A stretch of 64,000 bases of DNA. Source: Candidatus Versatilivorator sp. (GTDB lineage Bacteria > Acidobacteriota > Terriglobia > Versatilivoradales > Versatilivoraceae). The DNA is taken from contig OZ242296.1 of the NCBI GenBank assembly GCA_965207735.1, positions 1,568,001-1,632,000 on the forward strand, in the 5' to 3' direction. Below the pieces are notes generated by a model. The model had not been told where the DNA came from. It did no database searches and saw only the letters and a list, made by a program, of their open reading frames with translations. Shown piece by piece: positions 59,987 to 64,000 of this stretch. Position numbers and translations under genes: made by a program. Position 1 is the stretch's first letter. Each line of letters begins with the position of its first letter.

Positions 59987-60748
59987 ATGATGAGGCGCTT
60001 CGGCATCGCTATTGTTTCGCTCGCCCTTCTCCCCCAACCGGCAATTGCCAAGGACGAGTCCTCCCAACTCGACACCCCGGCTCGCCGCGAGCTGGTTCGG
60101 GCGCTCGCCAGCGAGTACGCCACCCTGAAAGTCTCTCTTCCCATCAACAAGAGAGGCCTGACCGTAGACGACACCGGCGAGTTCGACTGGGAAAAACACG
60201 AAATGTCGCTGCTTCGCAGCGGCCAGTTCATCACTTCCGGCATCAGAGTCCAGATCACCAAGATCAGCTTCGACAAGAAGAAATTGCGCTTCGAGCTCAA
60301 CGGCGGCGGCAGAAAGTTGAAGAGGCGCATTCTGGAGCGGATCTACGCCGGCACGGCAACCTCGGTAACACCACTGGCCAGGCCCTCGGATGCCTCCAAC
60401 CCCAAGGGCTCCTACGTCACCATCAAGTTCGACGGGTTCGTTCCCGACGTGACACCCGAGGAAGTCAGGTCCATCCTCTCAACGGTGCTGGATTTCAGCA
60501 AGAAGAGCTCGACCAAGAGCTTCATGGAAGCCCAGCCCGAAGAATTCAAGGAAGCCATCCGCAACAAGCGAGCGGCGGTGGGTATGGACAAGGACACGGT
60601 TCTGGCCTCAATGGGCCAGCCCCTTCGGCGGGTGTGGGAGACCAAGGAAGACACGGTGGTGGAGGAGTGGATTTACGGGGAGAGGCCCTACAAGGTGATC
60701 TTCGTGGAGTTCCACGAGGGAATCGTGGTCAGCGTCAAGGAGTACTAA
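59987..60748 (+). CDS. Secreted hypothetical protein with SmpA/OmlA-like C-terminus
   Basis: Signal peptide from ATG 59987; VGMDKDTVLASMGQP...EEWIYG; TATAAT at 59945-59950. Confidence 0.7.
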   Translation: MMRRFGIAIVSLALLPQPAIAKDESSQLDTPARRELVRALASEYATLKVSLPINKRGLTVDDTGEFDWEKHEMSLLRSGQFITSGIRVQITKISFDKKKLRFELNGGGRKLKRRILERIYAGTATSVTPLARPSDASNPKGSYVTIKFDGFVPDVTPEEVRSILSTVLDFSKKSSTKSFMEAQPEEFKEAIRNKRAAVGMDKDTVLASMGQPLRRVWETKEDTVVEEWIYGERPYKVIFVEFHEGIVVSVKEY

Positions 60749-60776
60749 CCCGCCTTTCGCACCAAGTCGTTTCTCT

Positions 60777-61229
60777 TCAGAATTTCCTGATCTGTCGCAG
60801 CGCTTCGTAGACGACCACGGCCACGGCGTTGCTCAAATTGAGACTCCGCGCCTTCTCGCCCCACATCGGTATCTTTAGGGACTGTTGCGGCTGGCTCTCG
60901 ATCAATGCCCGCGGCAGTCCCCGGGTCTCGCGTCCGAACACCAGATAATCTTCCCAGCGGTAGCTGGCCTCGGTGTAGAGCCGAGTGGCCTTGCTGGAAA
61001 AATAGTAAAACCGGGCACCGGGAGCCGCTTCCTTCAACTCAGCCAGGGAATCGTGGCGCTTGACCTTCAGGGACGGCCAGTAGTCCAATCCGGCTCGTTT
61101 CAGGTGATGGTCCGAGAGCGAAAATCCCAGGGGACCCACCAGGTGAAGCTGACATTGGGTGAGGACGCAGAGCCGGCCGATGTTTCCCGTGTTCTGAGGA
61201 ATCTCCGGCTCCACCAGGACTACGTGCAT
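60777..61229 (-). CDS. trmL: tRNA (cytidine/uridine(34)-2'-O)-methyltransferase
   Basis: EPEIPQNTGNIGR, KRAGLDYW, FGRETRGLP, RSLNLSNAVAV. Confidence 0.95.
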   Translation of the reverse strand: MHVVLVEPEIPQNTGNIGRLCVLTQCQLHLVGPLGFSLSDHHLKRAGLDYWPSLKVKRHDSLAELKEAAPGARFYYFSSKATRLYTEASYRWEDYLVFGRETRGLPRALIESQPQQSLKIPMWGEKARSLNLSNAVAVVVYEALRQIRKF

Positions 61230-61261
61230 CTGCCAAATCCGCCGGCTGGGAGGAAGGGCGC

Positions 61262-63493
61262 CTACGGAACCTGGATCCCGGCCTTTCCCAGGCCCAGATT
61301 GCCCGCGGCATCGTATACCCGCAGAGCCACCACGTGCTCGCCTTTCTCGAGAGCCTCGGTGGTGACCCGAAACTCCTCCGTCCTGGAATCGATGATGCCG
61401 TCGATCGAGTAGACGCCCTGCCACTCGCCTCCATCGGTGGAAGCATCCGCCCTGCGAAGGCCGGACACCCGATCCTCCACCCGGAAACGTACCACGGCCA
61501 CACCCTTTCGAACCGACCTGGACAGGATCTCGACCGCCGGAGGGGTGTTGTCAACAATGAACGGTGCGCTGACCAACTCCCCGGACCGGGCGTTTGAAGC
61601 CGGGTTGGAGGGTGAATCGCTGGCCATGATCTTGAGTCGATAAGAGCCGTCGGGAAGGGCTCCCGATTGCAGCGTGTAGTCCCGGCGTGGGTGGTCCCGC
61701 ACCAGCGGCTTCCAATTCGACTCGCCCTCACCCCGATAGTGGAGGGTGAACGCCAATTTATCCCCGTTGGGATCCGAGGTTTTCCAGGTGAAGGACCTGG
61801 ATCCCCTTTGGAAGGTCCGGCGCGGCCGACTGGAGGCGGCAATAGGTTCGGGAATGGCCCTGGCCGCGCCCGATATGTCGGCGGCTTCCCGATCAGCGGG
61901 AGAAACCGGGCGTGGATTGGACGAAAGAGCTTCGGTCTTCAGAAAGGCCACTCCTTGAGGCAGAATCCGGATGGACTTGACTTCAGGAGCCAGGTTCTGC
62001 TGGAGATAGGGAATGACGACTCGACTCAGCTCGGGGGAGGCCTGGGTGGCGGTCTCCAGCACCGCCTTGTACTGAATGTAGCGAGCCGGGGGACTTTCGA
62101 CCTTCTCTCCATCGGCACGGGTGTAGGGCTTGGACCAGTCGCTCCAGGTGCGATCGGGCTGCCGGGTATTGCCACTGCGGGTGTAGAGCTCCAGACCGGC
62201 CCCCTTGGGAACCTTGGCCTGCCAGCTAACACTGCCCCACCGGGAGACGACCCTCGAGTCCCGGACCTCGGACTCGAAGCTGCCGCGAGAATTGAGCCTG
62301 TCCCTGAGGCGAAAGATCTTGGCAAGATTGCTGGTGCAGGCCACCAGGCCGTCACCTGCCGGGACCAGGCGGGTAGTCTGTTCTTCGGTGGTCTCGATCA
62401 GCAAGGTCAGTTCCCTCTTGGCGGACAGGGAGTAAATTTTCCCCTTGTCCCCGCTGGAGAACAGGACGCTTCCTCCCTTGTCGAGGTACAAGCCGTAAGC
62501 TGTCTCGCTGTTTGAAGACCAGAGTGTCTCCACCGAGCGGTCCTTGCCAATCCGGTGCAATCGACTCTTCAGCTTGCCCCGGCCGGGAGCGGTGGGACTC
62601 GCCATCGCCGGAGCCGCAACGGGAGCGGGAGCGGTTTCGGCCTTGGAGACATTGGCTAGCGATAGGGCCCCGGTGACGGCCTGCGCGGCGGTGACGGACT
62701 TGGCCGGCTCCCCGACAGAGGGCGCAGGGCGCCCGGGCCCGCCGTTGACCGCGATCAGATACACATCGCCCTCGGCATTGACCTGAATGTCGTGCACCTC
62801 GTTCATTCCGGTGTCGAACAACACGAAGGCCTTGCCGTCGGGTGCGATGCGGTAGACATAGCCTTTGGGATCGCTGCCGGCCAGCAGATGATTCTCGGGA
62901 TCGACCGCCAGGCAAATCACGTTGGTCTGGCCCGTGTCGTACAGCTCGTCAGCCTCTCCCTCGGGGCTGACCCTGTACACCCTTCCCCTGCTTCCGGTGG
63001 CCACGTAGAGAACTCCGTCCGGGCCGAAAGCCAGGTCCCAGATAAACCGGTCGTCGGGATCGAAAAAGACCGAGGCTTCCCCTTGGGGAGATACCTTGTA
63101 GACCTTGCCATTGGGAGAGGTGGCCGCGTAGAGGTTGTGCCGGGCGTCCAGCGCCAGCGCCAGAACGTCCAGCTCGGCGGAATCGAAAAAGACCGACGAC
63201 TTGGCAGATTCGTCAATCCTGAAGACCTTGCCATCGTGCCCGGTCGCCACGTAGAGATGGCGGCTGCCGTCATAGACAGCCGACCAGATGAGAGCTTGGT
63301 CCGAATCCAGGACCGAGTCGAATTGGCGGGCCAGCGCCAGCGTTCCATCCTGGCGCAGGGAGAGTCCGCTAAGAGTTCCCTTGGAGAAATCGGTAAAGGA
63401 AGAGGTGGTCCAAAACCGGGGATCGACAGCCAGCAGCGGCAAGCACAGCAGCGGCAGGAGGCCAAGCCAAACCATCCGGAATTTCCGTTTCAT
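61262..63493 (-). CDS. Secreted beta-propeller protein with C-terminal Ig/FN3-like domains
   Basis: Signal peptide; repeated LYVATG..GKV(F/Y)R blades; RSGNT..PDRTWSDWS; VDNTPP. Confidence 0.75.
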   Translation of the reverse strand: MKRKFRMVWLGLLPLLCLPLLAVDPRFWTTSSFTDFSKGTLSGLSLRQDGTLALARQFDSVLDSDQALIWSAVYDGSRHLYVATGHDGKVFRIDESAKSSVFFDSAELDVLALALDARHNLYAATSPNGKVYKVSPQGEASVFFDPDDRFIWDLAFGPDGVLYVATGSRGRVYRVSPEGEADELYDTGQTNVICLAVDPENHLLAGSDPKGYVYRIAPDGKAFVLFDTGMNEVHDIQVNAEGDVYLIAVNGGPGRPAPSVGEPAKSVTAAQAVTGALSLANVSKAETAPAPVAAPAMASPTAPGRGKLKSRLHRIGKDRSVETLWSSNSETAYGLYLDKGGSVLFSSGDKGKIYSLSAKRELTLLIETTEEQTTRLVPAGDGLVACTSNLAKIFRLRDRLNSRGSFESEVRDSRVVSRWGSVSWQAKVPKGAGLELYTRSGNTRQPDRTWSDWSKPYTRADGEKVESPPARYIQYKAVLETATQASPELSRVVIPYLQQNLAPEVKSIRILPQGVAFLKTEALSSNPRPVSPADREAADISGAARAIPEPIAASSRPRRTFQRGSRSFTWKTSDPNGDKLAFTLHYRGEGESNWKPLVRDHPRRDYTLQSGALPDGSYRLKIMASDSPSNPASNARSGELVSAPFIVDNTPPAVEILSRSVRKGVAVVRFRVEDRVSGLRRADASTDGGEWQGVYSIDGIIDSRTEEFRVTTEALEKGEHVVALRVYDAAGNLGLGKAGIQVP

Positions 63494-63614
63494 TCGGACT
63501 CCATTTCCACTCTGCCAGGGTCCGGCGGTATGGAGGCAGACGGGGGCCATTCTCCCGGCTCGGATCCTCCCTGAATGGCCGGCCCCGATGCCAGGCGTTG
63601 GTGAATCGCGTCAC

Positions 63615-64000
63615 TCAATCGACCACCTTGAGCGCCAGGGTGCGACGCCCCCTGACCACGAAGGAGGTGGAGGGCAGCTCGTATTCATACAGGTTCGAGG
63701 CTCCCATCACCGTCAGGCTGCTGCTGGCGCTTCTGGCCGAGGTCAACACTTGCCGAAACGACGGCGGGAGGCTTGAAAATTCTTCGCCGTTGAGCAGGAT
63801 CGCCGGTTCCGGCCGCTGCAATCGGACATAGACCCGATCGTTCTTGCGCAGATTGTTGATGGCCCGGATCAGTTGGTCGAGGTCACGGGGAACGAACCTC
63901 CTGCCCACCAGTTGGTTTTCGGCGGCGGTCAGGGTGAAGCCGTCGGCGACCGTGACCAGCAGCCTCCCCTCCGAAACATCCTCGGGAACCGGAAGCGGAA
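63615..64000 (-). CDS. C-terminus of a larger protein, probably SpoIVB peptidase S55 domain-containing (5' outside window)
   Basis: Frame open to window edge; LIRAINNLRKNDRVYVRL...SSLPPS tail recalled from Acidobacteria S55-domain proteins; catalytic domain not visible. Confidence 0.55.
   Translation of the reverse strand, partial: PLPVPEDVSEGRLLVTVADGFTLTAAENQLVGRRFVPRDLDQLIRAINNLRKNDRVYVRLQRPEPAILLNGEEFSSLPPSFRQVLTSARSASSSLTVMGASNLYEYELPSTSFVVRGRRTLALKVVD

Overview
High-GC bacterial chromosomal window, most consistent with an Acidobacteriota genome. A marine or host-associated (e.g. sponge) lifestyle is an inference from paralogous PhyH dioxygenases, sialidase-like and GHL10-like proteins, and osmolyte genes. 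It holds about 45 genes. Housekeeping: eno, iscS-mnmA, trmL, hsp20, fused otsAB. Also present are many secreted or catabolic enzymes of unknown substrate, a czcCBA-type RND efflux operon, one intact IS1634-family element plus the remnant of a second, and a small defence islet (mcrB-mcrC with a divergent orphan higA-type HTH gene). Intergenic DNA is crowded with at least six families of non-coding palindromic or MITE-like repeats that pile up and nest in each other. Best leads: (1) an McrBC with an unassigned two-module N-terminus, head-to-head with a toxin-less HigA across a 76-bp promoter/inverted-repeat gap; (2) a CzcA whose TM4 proton-relay Asp is Asn while the usual TM10 Asn is Asp, an apparent charge swap; (3) the nested repeat ecosystem, one member of which is the IS1634 target; (4) an M24 enzyme lacking metal ligands; (5) an in-frame TGA in a DUF4432-like gene. 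All family assignments come from motif recognition by eye; no searches were run. No rRNA, tRNA or CRISPR array was seen.
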